DNA of 63,262 nucleotides, the filler included, from Octopus bimaculoides (lineage: Eukaryota): assembly GCF_001194135.2 (NCBI RefSeq). It is 5 parts of 4 records of this genome, joined end to end, with 100 filler letters (N's around TTAATTAATTAA, not from the genome) between each part and the next. Parts side by side here need not be neighbours in the genome. Positions count along the whole stretch, not along the records: positions 48,393 to 59,659 come from NC_068984.1; positions 59,760 to 63,262 come from NW_026406385.1; 3 more parts are not named here. One strand, written 5' to 3'. The notes beneath the pieces are model-generated. The model had not been told where the DNA came from and did not search any database. It was given only the letters and a program-made list of their open reading frames with translations. The position numbers were made by a program, and so were the translations under genes. Shown here piece by piece: positions 51,481 to 63,262 of this stretch. The number at the start of each line of letters is the position of its first letter. Within the stretch, counting starts at the first letter, position 1.

Positions 51481-52413
51481 TGTTGCTATGCCTTTCTCAA
51501 ACCCAGATCTATTTATAATGTAACGTTCGTCTGTAAATTAGCACACCGCTTAGTTTATCGCATTTAAAAATACATAAGGTTGTTAATTAACCTAGATAAA
51601 CTCATAATCAAGTTCGTTTCAGAATATATCAACGATGTGATTTACTATGGAGAATTGTTCATGACTTGTAATTGCTTGATAATAAATGTGGAGCTGTACG
51701 TCTATCGATTGATCTCTTGGCTATATTTGTTGCAGCTGACCGTGTTATTCCATTTGATATCTGCTATAACGATATAATGAATTATTATCTTTGTTCCCTC
51801 AAAATAGTTTTCAACAAGCATTAACCACACCTCGAGTTTATCTCGTTGTCGTAGTTATTGCCTGAGGAATAACTCGATAGCTTCAGTGTATACAAAAATC
51901 TGTTTTAGGTTTACAGCTGAGGGCGATAACCTTTATAATGATTTAATTAGTCATAGAATGGCTATCTAAAGGTCTTCGACCAGGGATTAGACCTCATTAA
52001 ATTATGTGTTCAGAACAATGAAACCTATTGTTGGAATCAATATACGCTATTGTGGGAAGTCCTCCTGATTGATATACAAAATTTCCCTGGTTCAAAATTA
52101 CTCCAACCAATATTTCAATATCATGCAGAAGATCCAACAACAAAACAATTTAAGTGAGCTCTCGACTCTGTCCGTTTTATTGCTTGTTTGATGATTAGAT
52201 TTGAGTGACTTGCTTGAGCTTCCGCTCTTTATCTCAGAATCTATTCAAGATAGGAAGTTCATATATTTTTATTAATAATTATGAAGCAAAGCATTTTTTT
52301 TTTATTGTTTTGAAATCTTTTTATCTTGTTGCACGTTGCATTTTTTTACCTTCTACGTTTTAATATCAATTAGACACCTCAGTAATGTAAGAAGAAAGCG
52401 ACACCATAATAAT

Positions 52414-52811
52414 TCTTTCTACTGGAAGCACAAGGCCTCAAATTTGGGGGAAGGGATTAAGCCGATCACATCGACCCCAGTGTGTAACTGGTACTTATAT
52501 AATCGACCACGAAAGGATGAAAAGCAAAGTCGACCTCGGCGGAATTTGAACTCAGAACGTAGCGGCAGACGAAATACCTATTTCTTTACTGCCCACAAGG
52601 GGCTACACACAGAGGGGACAAACAAGGACAGACAAAGGGATTAAGTCGATTACATCGACCCCAGTGCGTAACTGGTACTTAATTTATCGACCCCGAAAAG
52701 ATGAAAGGCAAAGCCGACCTCGGCGGAATTTGAACTCAGAACGTCACGGCAGACGAAATACCGCTAAGCATTTCACCCGGCGTGCTAACGTTTCAGCCAG
52801 CTCGCCGCCTT
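52414..52811 (-). mobile_element. Dimeric SINE (full unit plus head-truncated unit with a different tail) inside one TSD pair
   Basis: Two bodies in tandem; flanks CGACACCATAATAAT (52399-52413) and CGATACCATAATAAT (52813-52827). Confidence 0.88.
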
Positions 52812-53000
52812 ACGATACCATAATAATAATGCAAATTCACTGAAATATCACCGATAAAGAAAAGAGTTCCTCTTTGTGTTTATTCGTTAACTACTCGATT
52901 TGTGTAAAATATTTGCCGCTCCCCAATTTCAGCAGCAAAGTTTTAGGGAAATGTGAGCATCAGGTGCAAAATTGATTATAGGAGGCCTAAATTCGCGTAT

Positions 53001-53308
53001 GGAGGCGCAATGGCCCAGTGGTTAGGGCAGCGAATTCGCGTTCGGAGGATCGCGGTTTCGATTCCCAGACCGAGCGTTGTGTGTGTTTATTGAGCGAGAA
53101 CACCTAAAGCTCCGGCAGGGGGTGGTGGCGACCCCGGTTGTACTCTTTCGCCTCCAGCTTTCTTTCACTCTTTCTTCCTGTTTCTTGAGTAAAGCTGCGA
53201 TGGACTGGCGTCCCGTCCAGCTGGGGGGGGGGGACACATACGTCATAGAAACCGGGAAACCGGGCCCATGAGCCTGGCTAAGCTTTAAAAGGGCGCAAAA
53301 AAAAAAAA
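53001..53308 (+). mobile_element. tRNA-derived SINE, tail type A (V-SINE-like domain)
   Basis: GGAGGCGCAATGGCCCAGTGGTTAGGGCAGCG head; GCTGCGATGGACTGGCGTCCCGTCCAG; A-rich end. Confidence 0.92.
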
Positions 53309-54009
53309 TTCGCATATAGAACCCGAAGTAATTTTTTTGAGAGATTTTTTTTTTTGAAAAAAAAAAGGGCGTCTTATATGGTAATTCTCATTATGTTAGA
53401 AATTCGACATATATAAGACCTAAGCTGATATTTTGACAAGTTCGTATATTATAGTCAGTAAAATATGGTAATACCTTTCCAAATGACTCCCTAGCTGTCT
53501 CTTGCAGTATTAGAGTAATTTACTGTTGAGATATGGTTACTCTCCTCGATTTTATAACAATGGCTGAAGCAACCGAAATTATTTATAAGCTAGAATGTTA
53601 CTCGTCACATAACGAGTAACTTTGAAAGCGTGCTTTTGTCAACATGTCTAATATCAGGAAATATGACGCATGCGTACACAATAAATGTAGTTTCACTTTT
53701 TATCAAATTTCTTGGTACTTATACATTTTGGAATGAATTCTAATTTTGAAGAGAAAATATTTATTACCATAAAATACAATTAAATAAAACCATTTGTATA
53801 TAACTCCTCACATAACGACTGTCATTTTCTCCCCTTCTTCCTCCTCCTCCTTCTGTCACCAAATCTATTGGGTGCGCTCATCCTGCACCTCTTATATTAA
53901 CTTTCTCGGTATCTCTCTCTTTTACTCTCCCTTCTCTCTATACGACGTAAAATGTGATTGGAGAAAGCATCCGACCAATCGACCAACATTTATATCTGCA
54001 GTTGTCGGT

Positions 54010-54114
<105 letters not shown>

Positions 54115-54218
54115 GGCGGCGAACTGGCAAAATCGTTAACACGCTGGACGAAATGTTTAGCAGTATTTCACCCATCGCTACGTCCTGAGTTCAAATTCCA
54201 CCGAGGTCGGCTTTACCT
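54115..54218 (+). mobile_element. SINE 5' half, 3'-truncated
   Basis: GGCGGCGAACTGGCA head through CCGAGGTCGGCTTTACCT. Confidence 0.85.
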
Positions 54219-54695
54219 CTGTTGTTTGGTGGACAAGGCTGAAAGGCATGAGGACAGATACATTCCTCTTTGGTAGAACTCTCATTGACTTCTTCAAGTT
54301 TCACTTGAAAAGGAAATTGAGAGTGGAGAGGGAAGTGCTGTGCTCGAGTGAGATTATTGGAACGTGGGTGAAAGTTGCGAAAATGGCAAGAGTGGAGGGT
54401 ACCTCTCTAAGGGTAGACCTGTGAGTCGGGGAGAAGAAATTGGAGAGGGCACTTGCTCATAGGATTTCAGGGAAATCTCGGACTGTGGGGTTCCTCTCTA
54501 TCATCCTTCTCCCCTTAATTTTTTTTTACCTTTGTATGCTATGCATGTGTCCCTTCTTTTCCATTGTATTCCGTGTATACTTTATTATTATTATTTTTTT
54601 TTATCATTTCATTATTATAAGTAAATCCCCACACTTTATGTCTGTCTCTACATTGTCCTCCCTATCCTTCGCCCTTGTGCAAAATAAATGAAATC
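54219..54695 (+). mobile_element. L1/Tx1-like LINE 3' end (ORF2 C-terminus and 3' UTR)
   Basis: WWTRLKGMRTDTFLFGRTLIDFFKFHLKRKLRVERE......IGTWVKVA...*; pyrimidine-rich UTR ending AATAAATGAAAT. Confidence 0.6.
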
Positions 54696-54757
54696 ATCAT
54701 TATTATTATTGTTGTTGTTGTTATTATTATTATTATTGTTGTTGTTGTTGTTGTTGC

Positions 54758-54808
<51 letters not shown>

Positions 54809-54819
54809 CATTATTATTA

Positions 54820-55790
54820 TTATTTGCAAAGTCACCTTGTTGACACTGGGTTGTTTAACTGATTCCCTATCAAGTTATGTCACCTCAGCTAGACAGTACT
54901 TTTCGCAAGATGTTTGTTGTTCCTAAAAAATGTTGTCATTTGCAATGCCTTTGTACTGGGACAGATTCCAAGAGTATCAAAGTGTTTCTGAAGGGTTTTC
55001 TTCACCGACCCAAGTGCTCCAATCAAAATTAGTACCACTCTTACTTTCGTATTCCACTTTCTCTCGACATCTATTCTCAAGTCTGCATATTTTACGATTT
55101 TCTCATTATCTTAATCATTGATGTAATGATCTCTAAGGCAAGCTACATCGATCAACAATCACCTTATAGTCTCTATCTCCACCAAAGCTATTTCTGGCCC
55201 TGTATGTTCAAAAACCCTGTCTGGATTGTAAAGTCCTACATGAGATTCACAGACTGATTTTCTAGAACCTTCTCTGGTTTGTGCTCAGACCATTTCTCTG
55301 TGGCTGGAAACCTATATTTCTTGCACAAAGACCAGTGGAGGTGTAAGCACACTCTATCTGGTGTGCATCACACCTTCCAACTTGTTCCCACATAAACTGC
55401 ATTAATTTGTTTCATCTGAATTATACATATTCCTTTTCGAGTTTGTTTTTAGTGCTTGATCGTGAGCAGCCACCAACAAACTTTCTGTCTCGCTCCAAAG
55501 ATAACCTTTTGTTAACCTTGAAGATTTTGCTTTGGCTTCCTTCATTTGTCTTTCGAACTGACCATGTAATTCCATATTCTCCATCGTGTTCAGTTCCTCA
55601 GCTAGCAGTCTCGGTTTGTAGTTTTCTTTACTCTCAATAGTTTTAATGTATAAGCCTCTGCTTATATCAACCTACCTTAAAAGTTCTTCTCTGCAACTGG
55701 CCAAACACAGATCTAAAGACCTGTATTCAATAGTCACACGATCTTTCACGCTTATAAGTCGTCGTCTGCCTACTTACTGCGATGCACATA
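54820..55790 (-). mobile_element. R4/Dong-like LINE 3' portion
   Basis: LHGQFERQ; GYL.SETESLLVAAHDQALKTN; CSLCG; DFTIQT; RKWNTKV.VV.I.IGALG; the 3' end runs into (AAT)n. Confidence 0.88.
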
Positions 55791-55829
55791 ACCTTATAAC
55801 ATTTGCCTATCTCTTCTTTGTCGTCGATA

Positions 55830-55952
55830 TCATCCTCCTCCTCCTCCTCATCATCATCATCATCACCACCACCACCACCACCACCACCACCACCACAATC
55901 ATCATCATCATCGTCATCGTCATCGTCATCGTCATCATCATCATCATCATCA
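55830..55952. repeat. Compound trinucleotide microsatellite (CTC/ATC/ACC/GTC)
   Basis: Direct reading. Confidence 0.9.
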
Positions 55953-56462
55953 ATCGTTAGAATTCTACGTCTTTCCCCATATATTGCTTAGTGTTACTCT
56001 GTTGCCTGAGGCAAAATTTCGAAATATGCACTTTAAAAAAATCAATTGGGTTAAGCATACAGTGTTCAATATGTCCTTCATTTTGAAAACAGTTTCGTGT
56101 GATTTCAGGAAGATTTGGCTGCTAATTCTTGCTGCTCGACGACCACATTAAGGATCTCTTGCAGGCTTGATTAAATCCAATTAAGGTCTAATTGTATTTC
56201 TGTTGCCAAAAGTAAGAACCGATCAATCAAGCTAATCGGAAACACCAAAGCTAATTTCACAGGATCAAACAAACTGCGTAACGTTTCGCAGACGATAAAT
56301 ATAGCAGGCTTTCATGTCGTTTTATCAGGTTTGTCAACAAATGCAAGAATTGGCACCGATCAGTTGGCATGTGAACAATTTCTATCTGAAGAATTTAAAA
56401 CATTTATAACTTGATTGATGAAAATTTGATTAGTCGACGCCACTTTGCTGTTATCAAATGCC

Positions 56463-56535
<73 letters not shown>

Positions 56536-57282
56536 NNNNNNNNNNNNNNNNNNNNNNNNNNNNNNNNNNNNNNNNNNNNNNNNNNNNNNNNNNNNNNNNN
56601 NNNNNNNNNNNNNNNNNNNNNNNNNNNNNNNNNNNNNNNNNNNNNNNNNNNNNNNNNNNNNNNNNNNNNNNNNNNNNNNNNNNNNNNNNNNNNNNNNNNN
56701 NNNNNNNNNNNNNNNNNNNNNNNNNNNNNNNNNNNNNNNNNNNNNNNNNNNNNNNNNNNNNNNNNNNNNNNNNNNNNNNNNNNNNNNNNNNNNNNNNNNN
56801 NNNNNNNNNNNNNNNNNNNNNNNNNNNNNNNNNNNNNNNNNNNNNNNNNNNNNNNNNNNNNNNNNNNNNNNNNNNNNNNNNNNNNNNNNNNNNNNNNNNN
56901 NNNNNNNNNNNNNNNNNNNNNNNNNNNNNNNNNNNNNNNNNNNNNNNNNNNNNNNNNNNNNNNNNNNNNNNNNNNNNNNNNNNNNNNNNNNNNNNNNNNN
57001 NNNNNNNNNNNNNNNNNNNNNNNNNNNNNNNNNNNNNNNNNNNNNNNNNNNNNNNNNNNNNNNNNNNNNNNNNNNNNNNNNNNNNNNNNNNNNNNNNNNN
57101 NNNNNNNNNNNNNNNNNNNNNNNNNNNNNNNNNNNNNNNNNNNNNNNNNNNNNNNNNNNNNNNNNNNNNNNNNNNNNNNNNNNNNNNNNNNNNNNNNNNN
57201 NNNNNNNNNNNNNNNNNNNNNNNNNNNNNNNNNNNNNNNNNNNNNNNNNNNNNNNNNNNNNNNNNNNNNNNNNNNNNNNNNN

Positions 57283-57320
<38 letters not shown>

Positions 57321-57699
57321 TTAATGAAAACATATTAAAAACAGGGGAAACTTTCCTGTGTATGTACGCATGTGCGGGCGCATGCGTCTGCCTATTCAAT
57401 TAGGCTGTGTGTACAGCTGTATTACCTTAGCATTTTTCGTATCATATTTAAAAGACTACGTTGGTATGACGCTAAACACGAGATGGCAGGCGATATTGGT
57501 CACTCGTCTGCGGATATATATATTACGAATGCAAAATCTACGGCTTGTGTTTCGTTCTATTTCTGTGGGCAGATAACTCCATTTCCTTTTTATCTCATTT
57601 GGACCATCAGCACAACATTTGTAAATGTTTATCCTGTACATCAAATATATATAGGTTCGCTTCATCGCTGGCATGCACCTTCCATTGTCACGTTGGGTT

Positions 57700-57716
57700 A
57701 TACACACACACACACA

Positions 57717-57755
<39 letters not shown>

Positions 57756-58335
57756 ACGCACACGCACATATATAAATACAGACATACATGCATGCATACA
57801 CACACATACACAGGCACACACATGCGCACACATCCACACACACATGCACGCACATGCACATACGCACACGCATGCACAGACATATACATACACGCACATG
57901 CACACACACATGTAGGTGAAGGTGTGGCTGTGTGGTAAGAAGTTTGCTTCTCAACCACATGGTTCCGAGTTCAGTCTCACTGCGTGGCACCTTGAGCAAG
58001 TATCTTCTACTACATACAGACATACATGCATGCATACACACACACACATGCACACACATGCACACACACACACAGACACACACATATATGCACATATATA
58101 AATACAGACATACATGCACGTGTACACACACATACACACACGCACACACATGCACACACGCACACACATGCACACACACCTACACACACGCACATGCACA
58201 CACACATGCACACACACAAACACACACATGTAGGTTCAGGTGTGGCTGTGTGGTAAGAAGTTTGCTTCCCAGCCACATGGTTCCGAGTTCAATCTCACTG
58301 CATGGCACCTTGAGCAAGTATCTTCTACTATAGGA
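57700..58335 (+). repeat. Local tandem duplication of a CA-rich tract plus a truncated CORE-like SINE head (SINE heads at about 57915-58010 and 58232-58331)
   Basis: Both SINE heads end at GCAAGTATCTTCTACTA and are preceded by the same ATATAAATACAGACATACATGCA..CACATGTAGGT context. Confidence 0.85.
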
Positions 58336-58641
58336 AGCACGTTACATTTTTCACAAGTACTCCATGATCCACGAATGAGGAATCATATCATAAGCTTTGT
58401 GATAGTCAATCCAGGCCATTCCTAGATTTGTTCTCCTTCGTTTGCAATCTTGCATTACCATTTTGTCTATGAATAGTTGATTTTTGGTACCTCTGCATCT
58501 CCTTCTACAGCCTTTTTGTTTCGGTGGTAATATATCATTGTCATGTAGAAATTCATACGGTTCTTCTGCAATTCATCGTGACAGTAATTTCCGCATTGAT
58601 CATCATCATCATCATCATCATCATAATCATCATCACCATCA

Positions 58642-58700
<59 letters not shown>

Positions 58701-58715
58701 TACCACCGAAACAGT

Positions 58716-58962
58716 AAAGGCGGCGAGCTAGCAGAAACGTTAGGCGGTCAGCTGGCAGAAACGTTAGCACGCCGGGCGAAATGCTTAGCGGTTTTTCGTC
58801 TGCCGTTACGTTCTGAGTTCAAATTCCGCCGAGGTCGACTTTGCCTTTCATCTTTTCGGGGTCGACAAATTAAGTACCAGTTACGCACTGGGATCGATGT
58901 AATAGACTTAATTCCTTTGTCTCTCCTTGTTTGTCCCCTCTATGCTTAGCCCCTTGTGGGCT
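58716..58962 (+). mobile_element. Full-length SINE with duplicated 5' start
   Basis: AAGGCGGCGAGCTAGCAGAAACGTTA repeated as GGCGGTCAGCTGGCAGAAACGTTAGC; canonical body and tail. Confidence 0.9.
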
Positions 58963-59312
58963 TCGTTGCAGTATTCGACACTTTGGGTCTACTCCATTTT
59001 TCATTACATTGACTTGGTAGTTCCGGAACAATAAGCTCTGATCTTGAGCTGCTAAGATAAAGGATTCGCTCTCTGCCTTTAGCACTGAGCTCCGTAGCCA
59101 CTGACGGGCGTGCTTCTGGTCTACATAAGCTTGTTTTCGACGGGCCACATATATGCTATGCAAAGGTTTTTGTTCCCATCTATAAACCAATTGATTAAAC
59201 GCACCTTCTTTGTAACAACAGATGCTGCACTTCCATTTGCTTTTCAATCTGGATATTATGCATGAACTTACTAGTAAATTTTTTGTGCTCCTTCATGACA
59301 GGTTGAAGCTTG
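58963..59312 (-). mobile_element. R4/Dong-like LINE internal fragment
   Basis: WEQKPLH; QWLRSSVLKAESESFILAAQDQSL..RNYQ..VMKNGVDPKCR. Confidence 0.88.
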
Positions 59313-59317
59313 TTATT

Positions 59318-59659
59318 ATTATTGAGTGAGAGAGAAGTCCTTGCCATCAAAGTGACACTGGGGTAAAATATACGAAGCCCATTATACCCATCACGACTAC
59401 CCGTCTGATAAGGGTACACCAGGCACATGCATCACAACCATATGTGCGTGACATGGTGATCTCATAAACAGCGCATGACCTCGCAGGTGGGGCCCAGTTA
59501 GAACTTTCTTCAGGTCGAGTAGCCCATCCCGCTCAAAAGGTTTGTTTAAGGATGTTGAGCAACACACCCATGTTTCCAAAGGTGAATTATTCAAACCCCA
59601 AAGAATTCCTCTCAACACATGGCTATGATGCTCCCCACTACTTCTGCTCATGATCAGAG
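59318..59659 (-). repeat. Partial copy of the unclassified ~560-bp repeat
   Basis: Reverse complement is collinear with about 46830-47192 and ends in CTCACTCAATAATAATAA. Confidence 0.88.
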
Positions 59660-59759
59660 NNNNNNNNNNNNNNNNNNNNNNNNNNNNNNNNNNNNNNNNN
59701 NNNTTAATTAATTAANNNNNNNNNNNNNNNNNNNNNNNNNNNNNNNNNNNNNNNNNNNN
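59660..59759. other. Assembly join linker
   Basis: 44 N + TTAATTAATTAA + 44 N. Confidence 0.95.
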
Positions 59760-59800
<41 letters not shown>

Positions 59801-59836
59801 CATACACACACACGTACACACACATAAATATATATT

Positions 59837-59871
<35 letters not shown>

Positions 59872-59881
59872 ATATTATATG

Positions 59882-60243
59882 TCGTGGCTGTGTAGTAAGA
59901 AACTTGCTTATCAAACACACGGTTCCGGGTTCAATCCCGCTGCATGATGCCTAGGCCGACTGATGCCTTGTGAGTGAATTTGGGAGACGGAAACTGTAAG
60001 GAAGCCTATGTGTGTGTATGTGTGTGTGTGTATGCGTTTATGTCTATGTTTTTGTATTTAGTCCCAACGATCGCTTGACAATCAGTGTTGGTGTGTTTAC
60101 GCCCCCGTTATATAGCGGTTCGGCAAAAGTTACCGATTGAATGAGTATCAGAATTAAAATAAAGTCCTGGGGTCGATTTGTTCGGCTAAACCCTACATGG
60201 TGCTGCTACAGTATGGCCGCAGTCCGACGACTGAAACAAATAA
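59882..60243 (+). mobile_element. tRNA-derived CORE-like SINE
   Basis: GTGGCTGTGTAGTAAGAAACTTGC..GGTTCAATCCC head; internal (TG)n; CTGGGGTCGATTTGTTCG; tail ATGGCCGCAGTC.GACTGAAAC. Confidence 0.88.
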
Positions 60244-60315
60244 TGTGTGTGTCAGTGTGTGTGTCAGTGTGTGTGTGTCAGTGCGTGTGTGTGTTTGTGC
60301 GCACGTGCACATTTA

Positions 60316-60694
60316 TGTTGGCACTCCGTCGGTTACGACGACGAGGGTTCCAGTTGATCCGATCAATGGAACAGCCTGCTCGTGAAATTAACGTGCAAGT
60401 GGCTGAGCACTCCACAGACACGTTTACCCTTAACGTAGTTCTCGGGGATATTCAGCGTGACACAGTGTGACAAGGCTGGCCCCTTTGAATTACAGGCACA
60501 ACAGAAACAGGAAGAATGAGAGAAAGTTGTGGTGGAAGAGTACAGCAGGGTTCACCACCATCCCCTGCCGGAGCCTTGTGAAACTTTAGGTGTTTTCGTT
60601 CAATAAACACACACAACGCCCGGTACGAAAATCGAAACGGCGATCCTACGACCGCGAGTCCGCTGCCCTAACCACTGGGCCATTGAGCCTCCAC
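60316..60694 (-). mobile_element. Full-length tRNA-derived SINE, tail type B
   Basis: Reverse complement collinear with 23335-23705. Confidence 0.92.
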
Positions 60695-61264
60695 TACACG
60701 TTTATGTATGCCTATATAAACACGCTTGTATTTAAAGTCAGGTAGAAATATGTGTACTAATTAGATATATAATTGTTTATTGGCACGAAAATTGACCTGG
60801 AACACGTTGACTTAATCTCGCGTTACTTGAAGTTTCGCATAGGTCTTTGTATCTGCACTTGCCACTTACTTTGCAGAAATATCCATTAATAATCACGAAG
60901 ATGCCTCTTTGAAATATAGTCATAAAAAAAAAGCAAAGAACCCTTCACTGAAATAACAAACAAATCACAGGTTAAGATGAGTCAACCATTTCAAAACGTC
61001 GCCATTTTGAATACAGTTGCAGGATATGATTGATATGAATGGGCAGGAGAAGCTGGCTTGGATTCGGCAGATCCTACATTAGAGTGAACCGGCCAGTGAA
61101 AATCGTCCATTTATGTGAAATTGTCTTTGAAATAAGTTAAACTACAAAGTGAGACTATTTGAGTATGTTACGGAGGTACGGAAGCAAGTCATTGTGGTCG
61201 CGACATTACTGAAGCTGCTCAATCATATTTATAAAGGCATCGAGACTGTTTGTTAGGTTACCGA

Positions 61265-61680
61265 AAGTATGGATGTGTGGTTAAGAAGCTCACTTTGTAA
61301 CTACGTGGTCTTGGGTTCAGTCCCACTGCGCAGCACCTTTGGGCAAGTGTCTTTTACTATAGTTTTGGATCTAGCGATGAGTTGTGACTGAATCTGGTTG
61401 ATGGAAACGGAAACTGTGTGGAAGCCCGTGGTATATATATTTGTATGTATATATATATTTACACACACACACATATGCACACACATACATGTACACAGAA
61501 ACAGACAAGCGGTGTTAGTTTGTTTACGTCCCCATAACTTAGTAGTTCGACAAAAAGAGTACGATAGAATGAATACTAAACTTTAAAAAGATACATACTG
61601 GGGTCGATTAATTCTACAAAACCCTTCAAGGCAATGCCCCAGCATGACTGCAGCCTAATGGTTGAAACATGGAAAATAGT
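61265..61680 (+). mobile_element. tRNA-derived CORE-like SINE
   Basis: GGTTCAGTCCCACTGCG..CACCTTTGGGCAAGTGTCTTTTACTATAG; internal microsatellite; tail GCCCCAGCATGACTGCAG..TTGAAAC. Confidence 0.85.
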
Positions 61681-61962
61681 AAAAGCTATTTGACCATAAA
61701 TGACCATATATGGAGGTCACCGGATCAGTCTAGCTAAAGTAATAACCGTTGAGCTTATTTAGCCCAAACAGACGGTAACTGTAGTTATTCCGAAGCGTCA
61801 TATTGTCACTGAGGCAGACGGTCGATGATATCGTGGTTCTGGCTTAGATCTTACTGGGACGAACCTGGGTAAAAATCTTCTATCTTATCCCTCGGGTTGG
61901 GATAAGATATTCTGTGAGCATGAAATCTAGTTGTCAGAAACTGTGCTGCATCTCATTGCACA

Positions 61963-62003
<41 letters not shown>

Positions 62004-62211
62004 NNNNNNNNNNNNNNNNNNNNNNNNNNNNNNNNNNNNNNNNNNNNNNNNNNNNNNNNNNNNNNNNNNNNNNNNNNNNNNNNNNNNNNNNNNNNNNNNN
62101 NNNNNNNNNNNNNNNNNNNNNNNNNNNNNNNNNNNNNNNNNNNNNNNNNNNNNNNNNNNNNNNNNNNNNNNNNNNNNNNNNNNNNNNNNNNNNNNNNNNN
62201 NNNNNNNNNNN

Positions 62212-62500
62212 CGAAAACACCTAAAGCTCCACAAGGCTCCGGCAGGGGATGGTGGCGAACCCTGCTGTACTCTTCCACCACAACTTTCTCTCACTCTTAC
62301 TTCCTGTTTCTGTTGTGCCTGTAATTCAAAGGGTCAGCCTTGTCACACTGTGTCACGCTGAATATCCCCCGAGAACTACGTTAAGGGTACACGTGTCTGT
62401 GGAGTGCTCAGCCACTTGCACGTTAATTTCACGAGCAGGCTGTTCCGTTGATCAGATCAACTGGAACCCTCTACGTCGTGAGCAACGGAGTGCCAACAAG
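62212..62500 (+). mobile_element. SINE, tail type B (5' end in a gap)
   Basis: CGAAAACACCTAAAGCTCC...GGAACCCTC..CGTCG..CGGAGTGCCAAC. Confidence 0.92.
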
Positions 62501-62582
62501 TGTATATATGTATGTATAATTATATGTAAAGGTAAGATCCAAGGATCCTGGTGCAGGAAGTTAGTAAGCTTGACTAAGGTAT

Positions 62583-62674
62583 ATTCAGCCTGATGAGTAG
62601 CTAGTGGAGTACCCCTCGTTGAGTAATTACTACTTCCGAGGTTCTGCTAGCTAGGAAAAATATGTAGCCTGGAT
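62583..62674 (+). ncRNA. Degenerate type I hammerhead ribozyme motif (second family)
   Basis: CTGATGA at 62590-62596; stem II TAGCTAGTGGAG/TTCTGCTAGCTA; GAAA at 62655-62658; AAATATGT (one change from the palindrome ACATATGT); GUA at 62664-62666; stem I ATTCAGC/GCCTGGAT with a bulge. Confidence 0.6.
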
Positions 62675-62802
62675 TTTACGAACTTCATTCCCTAAATTTA
62701 CATGTCTATATGTATGTATATGGATGTATACATGTGTGTGTATATAGCAACATATATATGTCTATATACATACGTCTTTGTATATATAGAGAAAGAGGGA
62801 GA

Positions 62803-62838
<36 letters not shown>

Positions 62839-63262
62839 TAGCTGTGTTTTTGTATACTGGTGTAAATCGGTGTATATATATCTTATAGCATATCAGCCTA
62901 GAAAAGGGAGTTAACCTTGGAAGACTTAACTATTCCATAAAAGGATTACCAGAATTGAAACAAGACTCGATATAATTTTCTGATCCAATTGAGAGCAAAG
63001 CTCCATCATAACCGCAAACAACCAGAAAAGGAATCGAATATATATATATATATATACACATATATAAACAAAATTAAAGGATCAGCAACAGGTTGCTTCA
63101 CCACATACCGAAGTTCAGAAATGGCAGCTAAAAATGCTGAAGCTCCAACAAATAGCAGTTACCCGCAAATTAATAAATTGATAATCCTTTACCCTTTTAA
63201 TTGTAATATATATACACATATGCATATATAAATACATACATGCATACATACATATATATATA

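Noticed and set aside
55830-55952. Idea that GAT/GGT variants of AAT repeats record A-to-I editing of retroposed RNA
   Set aside because: GAG, GAC and AAC variants are also present and are not A-to-G changes on one strand; ordinary point mutation plus slippage explains them.

Overview
Gappy, AT-rich, microsatellite-dense eukaryotic DNA. It is most likely an octopus genome, inferred from the SINE/LINE repertoire and the (TA)n/(CA)n/(AAT)n load. I found no host protein-coding gene I can support, and no rRNA, tRNA gene or CRISPR array. Nearly all long ORFs in the track are N-gap or microsatellite read-throughs. The window is a transposon graveyard. DNA transposons: a near-intact Merlin (IS1595/ISXO2-like) transposase with a single +1 frameshift, plus decayed piggyBac, mariner and maT-like (Tc1/mariner) transposases. 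Non-LTR elements: RTE, CR1/L2-like, L1/Tx1-like, CRE-like and five R4/Dong-like fragments. Other repeats: many tRNA-derived SINEs, a 114-bp satellite with a 228-bp dimeric higher-order structure, and two minisatellites. The most interesting signal is four loci carrying type I minimal hammerhead-ribozyme motifs with palindromic stem III. Three belong to one Penelope-like pseudo-LTR family, two of them as long fold-backs, and one is a different family. Other points of interest are strand-specific (AAT)n association of R4/Dong-like LINEs, an unclassified ~560-bp (AAT)n-flanked repeat, modular, dimeric and chimeric SINEs, and a possible inversion breakpoint pair. Four 100-bp linkers (44 N + TTAATTAATTAA + 44 N) are assembly joins, so adjacency across them is unproven. 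All calls come from manual reading and motif recall, not database searches. TE boundaries are approximate.
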